From Adineta vaga (Eukaryota; Animalia; Rotifera): DNA of 64,000 nucleotides. Position numbers and translations under genes: made by a program. The stretch lies in NCBI GenBank assembly GCA_021613535.1, contig CP075495.1:1426001-1490000 (forward strand). Direction: 5' to 3'. The notes under the pieces were generated by a model, which saw only the letters and a list, made by a program, of their open reading frames with translations, did no database searches and was not told the DNA's origin. Below are positions 51,493-64,000 of this stretch, piece after piece (positions within the stretch are counted from its first letter, which is position 1; the number at the start of each line of letters is the position of its first letter).

Positions 51493-53230
51493 ATGGCTTT
51501 ACATTACTACAGACGAGAACAACGATACAGTGCTCTCAATTATAAATCTATATATCCAGATGAATGACAACGAACTATCAAATAACTCCGCCAGATATTA
51601 AAGTGCAACCAATTATGCATAACAAAAGTCAAACTCGTTACAATTCTGCTAATAGTAAATGGGCTTCACCCATATCCGGCATTTTAAAGTAATGAAAAAA
51701 AAAACAAGTAATTGAAATAGATTTCTTCTATATTATTTTTGATATATTTACATAGCGATGATGAACTTCGTCTTGAACAAGAAAAATTAGAAAAATCAAA
51801 ACGTCTTGAACAGCGTCGTGCTCATTTATCTACTATACTTGAAGCAGATAAGAATAAATTTCAGGTTTGTTATTCAACTATTCAACTTGTATAACATTTT
51901 CTTTTCTCGAATTTATTTAGACAGAATTAACCTCACAACGTCGTTCATCACACGAATCAATAGTTCAAATAAACAATCCTATTGATCCACTTTATTCAAC
52001 ATATGAATATTCTTATCAACCTGAAATAACAATTAATTCTGATTTACAATCCATAGAACTATCTCGTACAGATTATCTGGTGGAAGAACAAGAAGATAAA
52101 CAAAGTGAAAGAAAACGAAGACATCAACAATTGAAAGTAATTCTTCAACAACAAATGGAAGAATTCAATCGAATGGAAGAAGAGGTTTTTTTTGCAAATT
52201 GCCCTATGTTTTTATCTTGAAAATAACCTCATTATATTTAGGCAGATATATTAAATCAAGAAGAAGAACGTTGGTATCAAAAACAACAAAGATTAGAACA
52301 ATTTCAAGAACAAAGAAAACAAATGGAAGAAAATTATCCTATTCAACAAAATCATGGGTATATTTATTTGTCTTTTTTTCTATTCGAAAAGTATAAATTT
52401 TCATTTTAGACGTCAACTTCTTCGACAACATAAAGCTAAATTACATAAACGATTAAAAGAAATTCAAGAACGACTGGTTTGTTTCTCTTTAAATATTTTA
52501 TTTTCTCTTATTTTATTTAATCATTAGCAATTGGATATCGATATTCTTATATCTATTGTTCATTCTGATGGAAGAATCTGAAGAACAACAACAACAATTA
52601 AAACAAAATGCTTCACATCTTCTCGAACAATTTCAACAACAGATGAAAATTGAGAAAAACAAAGAAAAAGAATTGGATGCTATGTATCCGTATGTCTATC
52701 TATTGTTGAATTTCATTTCTTATTTGATAGATTTTAATTTTAAAGTGAAGATGCTGCTAAACAATGGTCTCGTTATGATCAACAATGGAATGATGATCAA
52801 CAATTACGTTTAAAATTACTTCGACCAATTCTTAATGAAAGACAAAATCAATTAATTCAACAATTACATCTGTTTAAACAACAACAAAAGGATATCTATG
52901 AAAAACAACGATTATTAATTGATGATATGGAACAAGCACGAAAATATGATCTGATTGAAAAACAAAAAGTAAAACTTATCTCTTCATTGTTTAAATCATT
53001 TCTATTACTTCTTTTTCTTTTCCATCAAGATGTTAGTTATTCAAAAAGAGCCAGTACAATCAATTGTATATGATGAACCAAATCATCCAATAGAACAAAT
53101 AATTCCACAAGAAATATTAATTCCTCCTACTGATTCTAAAGTAAAGTAAAACTTGTTGATCTTTTCCTTATAAATAATTCATTATTCTTCTTTATAGTTT
53201 TATGGTCGTCGTCGATTTAATTGGAATTGA
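51493..53230 (+). CDS. Trichoplein-like coiled-coil protein (5' structure uncertain)
   Basis: KSKRLEQRRAHLSTILEAD, LKVILQQQMEE, ELDAMYPEDAAKQW and C-terminal YGRRRFNWN* resemble TCHP. First exons do not join cleanly. Confidence 0.55.
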
Positions 53231-53349
53231 TTCATATACTACGTCTTTAACTTTATATACGTAATACATCTTATCTTTGACGATAATGAATCATTCTATA
53301 TTCTATAAATATCTGTGTGCGTCTTTTTTTTCAAATCCGAAAAAAAATT

Positions 53350-53742
53350 ATGTCACGTCTTTTATTTCTGCTATTTGTTTCTTCACTGAATGGTTATTGT
53401 ATTCAATTGCAATGTACTTTGGAAGTAATCGGTTCGACATGTTGTTTTAATCTTGGTTGTTGTCCAGCATCGAGTAATGTATGTTGTCCAAATGATCCAA
53501 CAAATTGTTGTACACGTGAAAATCCAGTTTGTTGTGGTGCTGGAAAAGGTTGTTGTCCAAAACGATATCCAGTATGTTGTTCAACTCAATGTTGTACATC
53601 AGGATCGTATTGTTGTGAAGATAAATGTTGTCGACGTGAACCTACAACAGGTCGTCTTATTGAAAGAAATGATGGAATATCAAAATTGAATCAATATCAC
53701 TCGTTCTCTTCTAATCAAATGAATTTATTTCGAAAACATTGA
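53350..53742 (+). CDS. Secreted Cys-Cys repeat protein
   Basis: Signal peptide, then 10 CC doublets spaced by 3-6 residues. Confidence 0.75.
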   Translation: MSRLLFLLFVSSLNGYCIQLQCTLEVIGSTCCFNLGCCPASSNVCCPNDPTNCCTRENPVCCGAGKGCCPKRYPVCCSTQCCTSGSYCCEDKCCRREPTTGRLIERNDGISKLNQYHSFSSNQMNLFRKH

Positions 53743-53880
53743 TTTTCTTTCAGTTTGTACAAAAATTTTATAAAAAAACTCTCTCTCTCTCTATATATAT
53801 ATATATTTATATTACGAAAAAGAAAAATTCACTAAATCAAAACAAAAGACTATTGTACATTAACAAACAGTTGTCGTATT

Positions 53881-56800
53881 TCAATGTTTCAATTTTTCTG
53901 CTTCATGCATTAATCGAATAATATCTTTACGTGTTAAAATACCTTGTAAACGTCTAAATAAAAGAAACAAAACGATACAATTCTTAAACTAACTCAATCT
54001 AATCAAATATTTTACCCATTTTTAGTAACAAACAATTGTCGACAACCTAATTTTCTAAACATATCAACAACAGCTTCCATTGGTGTTTGATCAGTTACAA
54101 TAATTGGTGCTCGATCAACTAATTTATGTAATTGTAGAACTCGTGATGCTTGTAATGCTAATGATGCTCGACGCATTCCTAATGATGATGGTTGTCCTGA
54201 TTTATTCAATAAATGTGACATAGATACAACGGATACTTTCCGATTTAATGCCGGTTTTGCTTGTGTAAAAGTCATTTGAGTTTTACGTGAACTTAATAAA
54301 GCTATTAGATCACGTCGTTGAATTTGACCAACGATACATGGAAAATCTTCGCTAATAACAACGGGATAAATTGAATGTGGATGACGACGAATTAATGTAT
54401 CGATTTGAGCAATGGACATTCCATCTTGAATAATACGTGCTAATGGTGTTGGTTCACCTGTAGGGTCAGCACGTATGGCTTCACCAGCTTTGGTTGTGAA
54501 TCGAAAACTTTCGCGATTTTCTAAATGAAAATCAACAATAATCTATGTTTTCTTTTCGATCTTCTCATTACCTAAATATGGATAACCACTTAATTTGACA
54601 TTCTCTTCATAGATTCCTTCTCCAAATGCATCACCAACCCATTTAGCTGTTAATGCTGCAACCATCAATGGAACAATATAAGATAATCCACCTGTCACTT
54701 CACTCATAATCACGACAAGTGAAACAGTCATTCGACTAACTCCACCTAAAAATGCACATGCACCAACAACTGCATAGAGTCCAGGTGTAACACAATGTTC
54801 ATTGGAAACACCACATTCATGTCGTAGAATAGCTAAATGTTGATTTCGATAGGCAATTTGTTCTGTGATAATACCAATTAAACGACCAGCAATGGCTCCT
54901 ATTGAAATACTTGGAATAATTAAACCAGATGGAACTTTAGTACCAATAGTAAAAATCACTAAAGTAGTTTGTATAATCAATGCCCATAATAATTGCCAAA
55001 GTGCACGATGCATCCCTGGTCCAGCGGGTGATGCATATAATTTAGCTGTTGCAGTTCCAATTGGCATATTACGATCATAATCACTAAAAGAATAAAGTTT
55101 AGTTGATGATTCGAAACGAAATACAAACTTACCATAGATCCATATGATCTTCAACATGACATTGTCCAACTAATCGTCGAATTAATTCGGGCATCGTTAA
55201 TCGTAGATAATGATTGGGAAAACAAACAATTGCCGTAATAATTGTCAAACAAATTACTTCTGCACGTGGATATTGTCCAATTTGACTCGTTTTCTTATAT
55301 TTTAACCATCGAATATTTGTTTTAATAAATAATGTTCCCCATAATCCACCAAGTGCACCAAGACCAATAAATGGTATGACTTCAAATGTTGCCCATGGAA
55401 CATTATATTCAACAGGAAATTGAATTTCATGTCCATTTCCATATGGATTTATTGTACGTACTACTAATGCACCAACCATACAGCAGAAAAATGTTCGCCA
55501 TAATGTTTTATATGAAAAATAATAACTAATTTCTTCTAAACTAAAAAGAATTCCACCAATCGGCGCTCCAAATGCTACAGAAACACCTGTTGCTGCCGCC
55601 GCAGATAATATTTCACGTTTACGTGCTTCATTCTGTCCATATTTTGGAAAAAGTTCTAAATGAATTTCGTTATTCCTTTTCTATTAGAAAACGAAAAGAA
55701 AATGAATTATTTTACTTGAAAAAAGATTTCCACAACAGCACGATATATGTACAAATGGTCCTTCTTTACCAACAATAAGACCTGCACTTGTAGCAAACAT
55801 CATTCCAATACTTTTTATAATAAATGTCCATTTGCCCAAATAACCATACATAATAAAACCAGATAGAATTGTTTTAATCTCTGGAATACCTGAACCACTT
55901 GCATATGGTGCTGAACCAACAACAAGTGCAACAATAAATGCGGCATATAGAACAGACCAAAATATAAACATAAAATATTGAAAAAACCATGCACTTGCAG
56001 CCATTTCATCAAATCCAAATAGATCCGACCAACTTTTCCACTAAATAATAGAAATTCAATAAATTGAAAAACTAAATCGTTTCTTACATGTTCACATATT
56101 TCATTATGAACATCATCAAATTCTACATGTCTCGATCCCCAACAACATTGTTCTCGATTAAGCCAAAATGCAGGTGCACAAACACCTGTTCGCCAATGAC
56201 TCATCCATTTTGCACCGATATCAACAAAACCGGCGACAAGACCTTCGAAATCAATCAAGATCCAAAAACACATATTTAGAACGAGAAATTTATATGTACC
56301 TGCAGATACTCCGACTAATAACACACAGAGCCACCCACTCCAATTATCAAACCAAAAAGCAAATCGTTGTTTCCATCCTTCACGTCGATGTGAATGTAAA
56401 TTTCGATGACGAATACGATTTCGCATTAAATCCTTTAACCAATCGATTGTTTCAAAATTTTCATAATGTTTTCGAACAACATAAGTAACATCAGTTACTA
56501 AAAACACGGATTCATATTTTCCTTAGAAAAAGATCAGATTCAAACCTTGATCATGATGTTTATTTGTCGATGAACTACTAATACCATCATTTTTATCAAA
56601 TAATGTTACTGTAGTTGTTCTACCTAGTCCATTAGTTGCAAGCTCAACTTCTTCTCCACTATCATCTTGATTAAGACTTTCTAAACCTCGTTTAGTTTGA
56701 TATCCAACTCCATCATCTTCATCATCTTCAACACTCGGAACTGGTGAAAGATTAAATCGTGCATGACCATCTATAGAGCTGTCACCTACAAATCGGATAA

Positions 56801-56898
56801 ACCCATACACTTCATTACATAAATAAATGATCAAAATTCTACTTACGCGTTAGTTTCCTATCACTACCACTGCTACTACCACCACCGGGAGATGACAT
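53881..56898 (-). CDS. CLC-3/4/5-type Cl-/H+ exchanger
   Basis: [54 protein letters not shown], two CBS domains. Confidence 0.95.
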
Positions 56899-57937
56899 GT
56901 GTATTATTACACAAGAATAAAAGACTAATCTGACGAGAACAAGAAAAATGTGTATATTCAAACAATCTTAACTAACGAGAAAAAAAATTGCGTGCTGGTT
57001 GAGTGACTTTTTTCCTTGTACACTACGACTGATAATGGTGTATATATATCATAAAAATTAGAAGTATAATGATCATTTCGATGTTTTCGATCGTTCTGTC
57101 ATTCTTTTTTCGTTCTAACTCACGTCATTATTTATTTGATTGAGTGTGTGTTTATATATTCTTCTTTTTCAAGGTGGAAATCAATAGTAATATCAAAGAA
57201 TACAAAAGGAATAAGTTTCTTCTGAAAATACTTTGCGGGCAAATAATTATGATAAGAATCAATTTCATCATATTTCTATTATTAAATTCTTCTACTTTGA
57301 CACTTTTTTTTTCTAAAGATAAAAATCTAATATCACTTCTAGCAAAGAAAACTTTTCATTGATATAATCAAATTTATGATTATTATGTCTCTATTTTTAC
57401 TTACTAGTCATTATATAAATTATACTGAATTTGAATGAATATGTATGTATGTATGTATGTATATTTATGAAGAGAAGAAGAAGAAAAAAAACCTAGAAAT
57501 TACGATCGGTACATAAGAATATCATTTGTTCTATGTACGAAATTATTCAACAAGGTAAATATGTTTTTCCTTTTTTCGTACTAATCGATCAATCGATTTG
57601 TGTAGTACAAACGAAAAAATGTTTTTGATTTATGTGATAAAAAAGGTAACATTTTTAACCCTGAGGTCATAATTGTATGATACTAATTTATTCAAAAGAG
57701 AAATTTAAATAAAAAAAATGTTAACATTATAATCTTTTGTTCATTTAATCGTCATTCTTCTCAAAATGATGATGAACTAACTATACGAAAAATGATTCAT
57801 CATTTCTTATCAGATGTCTCTACTTGTATAATGAACCAGTCTGTCTAATTTCATCTTTCCTTTGTTTTGACGATTTATACATTTCTGACGAGACGAATAA
57901 AAAAAAACACAAAAGAATTCTTTAACATCGGATTCAC

Positions 57938-59431
57938 ATGGATTTATCTAATGATATCGATTATTGTCAACTACCTCCATGTCATGCCCGTCAATATTTT
58001 ACATGTCCACATTGTTCCTTTCATTTATGTTTTGAACATGGTCAACAACATCAAGAAAAACTTCAAAATCAAATTCATTATTTACAAGAACGTACAATGA
58101 ATCTCGAACAAACAATAAAAGATTCTCAACCTGTTGAAACAATAATTGAACAAGTTTATAAATCTTTAAATGAATGGAAAGATAAAATGTTTCAATTTAT
58201 CAATCAATATAGCGAACAAATTCGATTACATATTGAACAAGCACAAATTCGATTGAATGAACAATGGACTTTAACAAAAGATGAATATGTCGAAATGTTA
58301 GAAAATTTTATTCAACAACCAATCGATCGATTACTTCAAGGTTTGATGAAAATTGAATAAATATATATGTGTTTTTTAAAAACAAACAAATTTTTAGTAC
58401 CAAAACAAATTCATCCGGATGATGTTCGACATATTCATAGACGATTTAGTTCTATTCAAAATCAAATTACGGATCTGTTAACATTTCGTGATCTTCTTCG
58501 AATTAATTTTGATTCATGTTCATTAGCTGGTGATATTAATATATCTCGTGGTCATTTTCCATCACCAAAATTAACTTCATTTATATCGACAAATTCAATT
58601 GAAAATATTCCACAATTAGAACAAATGAATTTACTTAAACGATTTGATACATTATCATCAAATACTTCAGCTTTAGCTGTTCGAATGATAGATAATTCTC
58701 ATTCAATGATAATAACATGGATGAAACCGAGTACATTATTGATTTTCGATTCCGAACAAGGTTTAATCAAACGTATCGATGTTGATCCACCATTTATATC
58801 AATTCATGATATTATTTGGTGTGATTATTTGAATAGTTTTCTCATTGCTGGTGCTGCTCTTCATACATTTAATGTAAATACAAATGAAATAAAGCAAATT
58901 TTCACACCAGAAACTCCACAAATATGGTCAATTACTACACATAAAACTAATCTCTATGTTTGTTATGCTATGGGTGATTCACCACTAATTGAACATCGTT
59001 CATTACCATCTTTTCATCTTATTCAAACGTATACTCGTACTCAACTTTTACCAACAAATTCTACATCGATTATTGAAATTGCTCGATGTATTCGTACAAA
59101 TGATTATCAACTTGCTATGACTGTACGAAATTTAACAACACATGAATGGCGTATTGATATATTTAATTTTCATATGCAACGATTAATTCAAGGTGAAATT
59201 CTTGGACATGCTTTACATTCCGATTATTGGTGTTGTTTATTGACATCTTATCGATCTAATTATTGGTTAGTTATGAATAATACATCAGAACCAGAAACAT
59301 TAACATTAGTAGATAAACAAGCACGTATAGAACAACAAATTCAACATGATGGATATAATATATGTGTTTTACAAGCAAATCAACAAATTGTAATTAAAGA
59401 TCAAAATGGCTTGGCTATATTTCGTTTTTAA
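57938..59431 (+). CDS. B-box-like Zn finger, coiled coil and beta-propeller-like protein
   Basis: CQLPPC...CPHCSFHLCFEHGQQH, helical region, beta-rich C-terminus (DIIWC, IWSITT). One intron. Confidence 0.75.
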
Positions 59432-59580
59432 ATATATGTATTCATTTATTTATTATTCTAGTTGGTTTTTTTTATTACATATGTATTTGTTAATTATAAT
59501 TATTATTAAACAAGAGTGAAATATATTGATCTAGAATAAGATAGATTGTAATGGTACTTGGTTCATAGGTGGGTTATATT

Positions 59581-59640
59581 TAGAGACGTGATTTGGGTAG
59601 GCGCCGCCTACCCACCGAACAATCTCTGGTAATGTCACTA
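59581..59640. repeat. 60-bp MITE-like relic with internal palindrome
   Basis: TGGGTAGGCG-C-CGCCTACCCA (59594-59614). Imperfect ends TAGAGACGT / ATGTCACTA. No clear TSD. Confidence 0.4.
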
Positions 59641-59748
59641 TTTATTAATCGATCCGATTGTTCTTCTCAGCATAATCATTGTGTTTATGAAATGTTATTT
59701 GACTTTGAATTACCGTTGATTTTATTTCTAATGCAGAAAACAATCTTT

Positions 59749-60765
59749 TTAATAACATTTAATTTTTTGAAAAATATCATTGATGATAGAATAGAATTCA
59801 TTTCGAAAAACTCGTCCACCACATAATGTGTAAATATAAAATGGCATTGCTGTTGCTAAGTATGTTAGATTAGTACAGAAATTAAATAATAATCTTTCAA
59901 TAGCATTTTGTAAAGCTGATTTTCCTGCAGTAGATGGTGTTACAGTTGCATACAATCGATATAATGTATATGGAGCTGTACATAAAATAAGAAAAAATAC
60001 TTGTACACAAAGCATTTTAAATAAACTTCGATCAGTCTTTTTCTGTTGTTGTTGTGCATTACCGACTGTATTATTAAGTATTCCACGTTGACTATTTTGA
60101 GTAATTGTTACAATTGGTTTGACATTAATACGATTGTGCATTTGATGTATATTATAAATAGTTAAACAACCGAATAATAACATCATTAATGATGGTACAA
60201 CATTATTACCACAAGTAAATGATAGATCTGTATAAAGACGACATGATTCTGAAAATCCGAAACATCTTGCTGGTGTACCGATAAGATTAGCTTCATAACA
60301 ATAAATTAATGGACCATTGAGTGCCATGGAAAAAAGTGTAACAAATAAAATACTTCGATAGGAATTTTTCAATGAACTCAAATGTCGTCGATGAACATCA
60401 GTACTTGATGAAAGCCATCGATCAATTGAAGCAAAGACAAGAAACCAAATAACCATTGTTCGTGAGACGAATAGAATAAAAATTCGAAGTTTACATAACC
60501 AACCAATTGTTTCAGATAAATCAACAGCCCAACCAGCTGTAAGTCGTGTAGTTAAACCTGATATAATTGCAATCAAACCAGTTATTGATGAAACAAGAAA
60601 AAGTAATGCACATGGATTTGTACGAAGTGCTCGTCTTGATAAAATCATTGTATTTAATAGATTACCAATAATACCAAAAATAAAAATTACTAATGGTAAA
60701 TAACGATTCATTTGAACTGTTGCATTATTAATGGATGCAATGAGAATATCATCAGATGAAGACAT
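59749..60765 (-). CDS. Intronless orphan class-A GPCR, paralog of the 30-33 kb pair
   Basis: Shared motifs LRTNPCA, CKLRIF, SIDRW, CYEANL and MPFYIYTLCGGRVFR. Confidence 0.9.
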   Translation of the reverse strand: MSSSDDILIASINNATVQMNRYLPLVIFIFGIIGNLLNTMILSRRALRTNPCALLFLVSSITGLIAIISGLTTRLTAGWAVDLSETIGWLCKLRIFILFVSRTMVIWFLVFASIDRWLSSSTDVHRRHLSSLKNSYRSILFVTLFSMALNGPLIYCYEANLIGTPARCFGFSESCRLYTDLSFTCGNNVVPSLMMLLFGCLTIYNIHQMHNRINVKPIVTITQNSQRGILNNTVGNAQQQQKKTDRSLFKMLCVQVFFLILCTAPYTLYRLYATVTPSTAGKSALQNAIERLLFNFCTNLTYLATAMPFYIYTLCGGRVFRNEFYSIINDIFQKIKCY

Positions 60766-61980
60766 GGTTATTTTGATATTTAATGGCAATGAAATACTCA
60801 ACAAACTTTATGATCTAGAATTGAGAAAAATATATTTGATACGTAATTCTTCTATAATCCTTGATTATATAGATGATGTCTACATTAGAAAACACGCCTA
60901 ATCGCGTTTATATATAGGAAAAAAGTATGATGGAGAATTCGTTTATAGATCTTTCAATAAGATGAAAATCTTTGATGTGACAGTATGTAACTTCAAGCAT
61001 GTCCTTTAATGATAGACTCTATTTTGAAGATACTTAAGAATATAGATATACATTACCTGATTATATCACATTTCGGAAGTGTTAACGAATGTTCTCAAGG
61101 AATAACTTGTTTCTTATTTCTTTCATATGATATGTAAACAAACATAATTGTATGAATAGAATAAATGAAATTTGAGTTCAATACTCAACATTTCTCCTTT
61201 ATCTATCACGTATATCTTGTTATGTTCGTGCCAGAGTAACTGTTATCAATCATAATCTATGTCGCTTCAGTCCTTACAAAAAAAGAACTTATTACTAATG
61301 TACTTTTCTAAAAATGTGCTTCCCTAAAATAGATTTCCGTTTTGTTAATTAAACGTAGGAAAAAAAACGAGATAAGTATGCGTCTACTAAATTATAGGTG
61401 TTTCCTTTGGAAGAGATCTGTCTTTTAGATTTTCTATCAAAACGTGCTTTCTATCTAAAGAGCGCTGTTAGACACACCTCTTATTTTACTTTTTATAATC
61501 ACATTCTTTGTACTTATGAACATAATCTTTTTACTTTCTTCTTTCATTTTATTTGGTATTTGTACACTCGAAGATATGTATAACAAGGTGCATGTCAACC
61601 TATATTCTAATAAAACATACGATTAATATTAAATAGAACATGTTTTCTCTGAACTTTTCTATTCTCACGATATTATTTGATGTTAATAATACTACGTAAT
61701 TAACGATTTTCATTTATAATAAATAAATATTCTTTCAAAGAATAACTTTCTCGATGAAATTCACGAGACAAATCTAATTTAAATTTGAGAGAAAATAAAT
61801 AAATCTCAAAGAAATATTTGAATAGACATTGAAATATCTCATTATAATATGTAATCAAATCTTCATCTAATTTAAAAATGACGTCAAGAAAATTGATGTT
61901 TTTTTTATTTGAAATGCTGATACTTATACAACAACAGGAAAAAAAGAATGTCGTTTTTTATTTCATTAAAAATTCAAAGG

Positions 61981-63015
61981 ATGCGCGTATTAGTTATACT
62001 TTTATATTTGATTTTTTTGAATAAATTCTGTTCAAGTTTAAAATGTTACGAATGTACAGGATATGTTCCATGTGGAAGCGGTCAAACTCATCTTTTAGTC
62101 AATTGTCCTGGTAAATGTATCGTTTACAAAAATCAATACGATCAAGGTAATTCTTTTATTGAAAATATATAGAAAAGAAAGAAGTACAATTTCTTTATTT
62201 CATTAATAAAAGGAATGATCATTCGACGTTGTTGCTATAGTAATTGTGGAAATGATGGAATGAATAGATATGAAGGACGAGATGCATATGTATGTTCAAC
62301 TGATATGTGTAATGGAGATCAAGCTGATCCATATCTAGAGGGTGGAGGTGTAACTATAGATGAAGGTGGTGGTGTAACTATAGATGTAGGTGGTGGTATA
62401 ACCGTAGAAGAAGGTAGTGGAGATGAATTTGAATCAACAACAACGATAATCATATCAACCACCTCGTCAACCACCTCATCCACCACTTCATCCACCACCT
62501 CATCCACCACTTCATCAACTACCGCATCGACAGGTATTTCAAAAGAAAAAAAGAACATTTAGATAATGAATTTTTTTCATTTTAGTAACAATCAAAACAA
62601 GTCAATCATCAAAAGTTAGTTGTCATGAATGTACGGGTCATTATTCCGGATGTGGAACTTCTCAACATACAATTATACATAATTGTCAAATGTGTATGGT
62701 GTATAGAAATGTATGGGATGGAAGTAAGTTAGTTTATTTGTATTGTCAAAGAAAATCTTCGTTTTGTTTTAAGATACAATCGTTCGACGTTGTTGTTATT
62801 CCAATTGTGGACCGGCGAATTCTGTTAATCAATATGAAGGACGACAAGCTTATTTTTGTGCATCTAATCTTTGTAATGGTATTGGTTCAGAAAATTCACT
62901 TCCATCAACACGAAGTATAATAAATTCGAATATCAAAAGATGATTAGTATTATGTCATATTTTCGTTTCTTTTTAGGTCTATTTCTTTCAGGAGATTCAT
63001 TTCCAAGCAATTGAA
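61981..63015 (+). CDS. Tandem Ly6/three-finger-like domain protein with Gly/Thr/Ser-rich linker
   Basis: Signal peptide; LKCYEC...RRCCYSNCG...CSTDMCN and SCHEC...RRCCYSNCG...CASNLCN; linker repeats. 3' end uncertain. Confidence 0.75.
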
Positions 63016-63332
63016 GTCCATTTATTATCGATTATTTTTCTTTTTTTTTATGTGAATTCTATGTATGTATACTCGATTAATTTAAATAAAAGAAAATCAT
63101 TAATGTATTTTATTTAAATAAGCTTTGTTCAATATAGATAGTTTCATAATTATTTTCATGAGAAAATAATTCAATATAGATATCAAAGTCGATGACCCTC
63201 CCTTGTACTTTTATCTTCGACCTTGATAGTGCATTGATGTCGTAAAAACAAACCCCAGATGTGAATATATTCACATCAATCATAGATATATGATGATGAT
63301 GATGATATTTACAGATTTAGTTCGAATATTCA

Positions 63333-64000
63333 ATGATAAAATTATACGTGTTTGTTATTGTCGTACTTTGTCAACCTTTATTTTCTAAATGTTCGGTTGA
63401 GAAAGCAGAAGAAATATGTTCAACAAATAGTCAATGTGTTAATCTTCCGACAGGTGATGGAAGTTCAGTTGTATGTGCATACAATTATGCGACATGTAGT
63501 GATTTAATTCCTTGTATGGGTGATCATACATGTACACGTCCAAATACTGTTTGTGTTAAACATCGTTGTCATATTCAACCTATTTGTTATCCAAAAACGA
63601 TGACAACTCATACACTTTGTCCTCCGATTTCACGTAAGTTTATAATAATAATAACAACGAAAGTATGTATATTGATTTCTCTCTTATTGTTTAGCGTCCA
63701 ATTCTTCATGTTATTCATGTCAATGTCCAACACATATTGTTCCTGATTATCCCACACAATTTTGGCGTGAAACTCTTAAAACAAGTGGTACAAATCCATT
63801 TACTGATAGTATTGATTATAAAGTTTATCGAAATGTCAAAGATTTTGGTGCCAAAGGTGATGGTATAATTGATGATACACGTGCAATTCAAAATGCTATT
63901 TCAAGTAATAATCGTTGTTCAGCTATTTCTGCATGTGAAGGTTCAACTTCTGAACCTGGTCTTATCTATTTTCCTCGTGGAACATATCTTATTAGTAAAA
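63333..64000 (+). CDS. Secreted Cys-rich domain fused to GH55 exo-beta-1,3-glucanase-like domain (runs off the window)
   Basis: Intron 63634-63694 joins in frame to FWRE...NPF...YKVYRNVKDFGAKGDGIIDDTRAIQNAISSNNRC...CEGSTSEPGLIYFPRGTYLIS, the typical N-terminus of fungal GH55. Confidence 0.85.

Overview
AT-rich eukaryotic DNA with many very short (about 45-65 nt) GT-AG introns. The gene families and short TGAGGG/TGTGGG telomere-type repeats point to a bdelloid rotifer (inference). The first ~7.3 kb is decayed, TE-rich DNA: piggyBac derivatives, a DD37D/maT transposon relic, a linalool-dehydratase-like pseudogene and an F-box fragment. It ends at a head-to-head pair of telomere-type repeat tracts enclosing a putative solo LTR. 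The rest is gene-dense. Core genes are PMPCB, DNLZ, a HAD-IIA phosphatase, AMPK-alpha, a CLC3-5-type exchanger, a trichoplein-like gene, a GT11 fucosyltransferase and two tRNAs. Lineage-type families are an intronless LDLa/EGF-7TM receptor, three related orphan GPCRs, F-box proteins and a predicted slicer-dead Argonaute. Several genes look foreign but carry spliceosomal introns: a secreted phage tail-collar/short-tail-fibre-like protein with three HxH motifs (absent as a unit from the ORF track), a bacterial-type AI-2E transporter, and a Cys-rich domain fused to a fungal-type GH55 beta-1,3-glucanase (cut by the window end). All family calls are from manual motif recognition; no searches were run.
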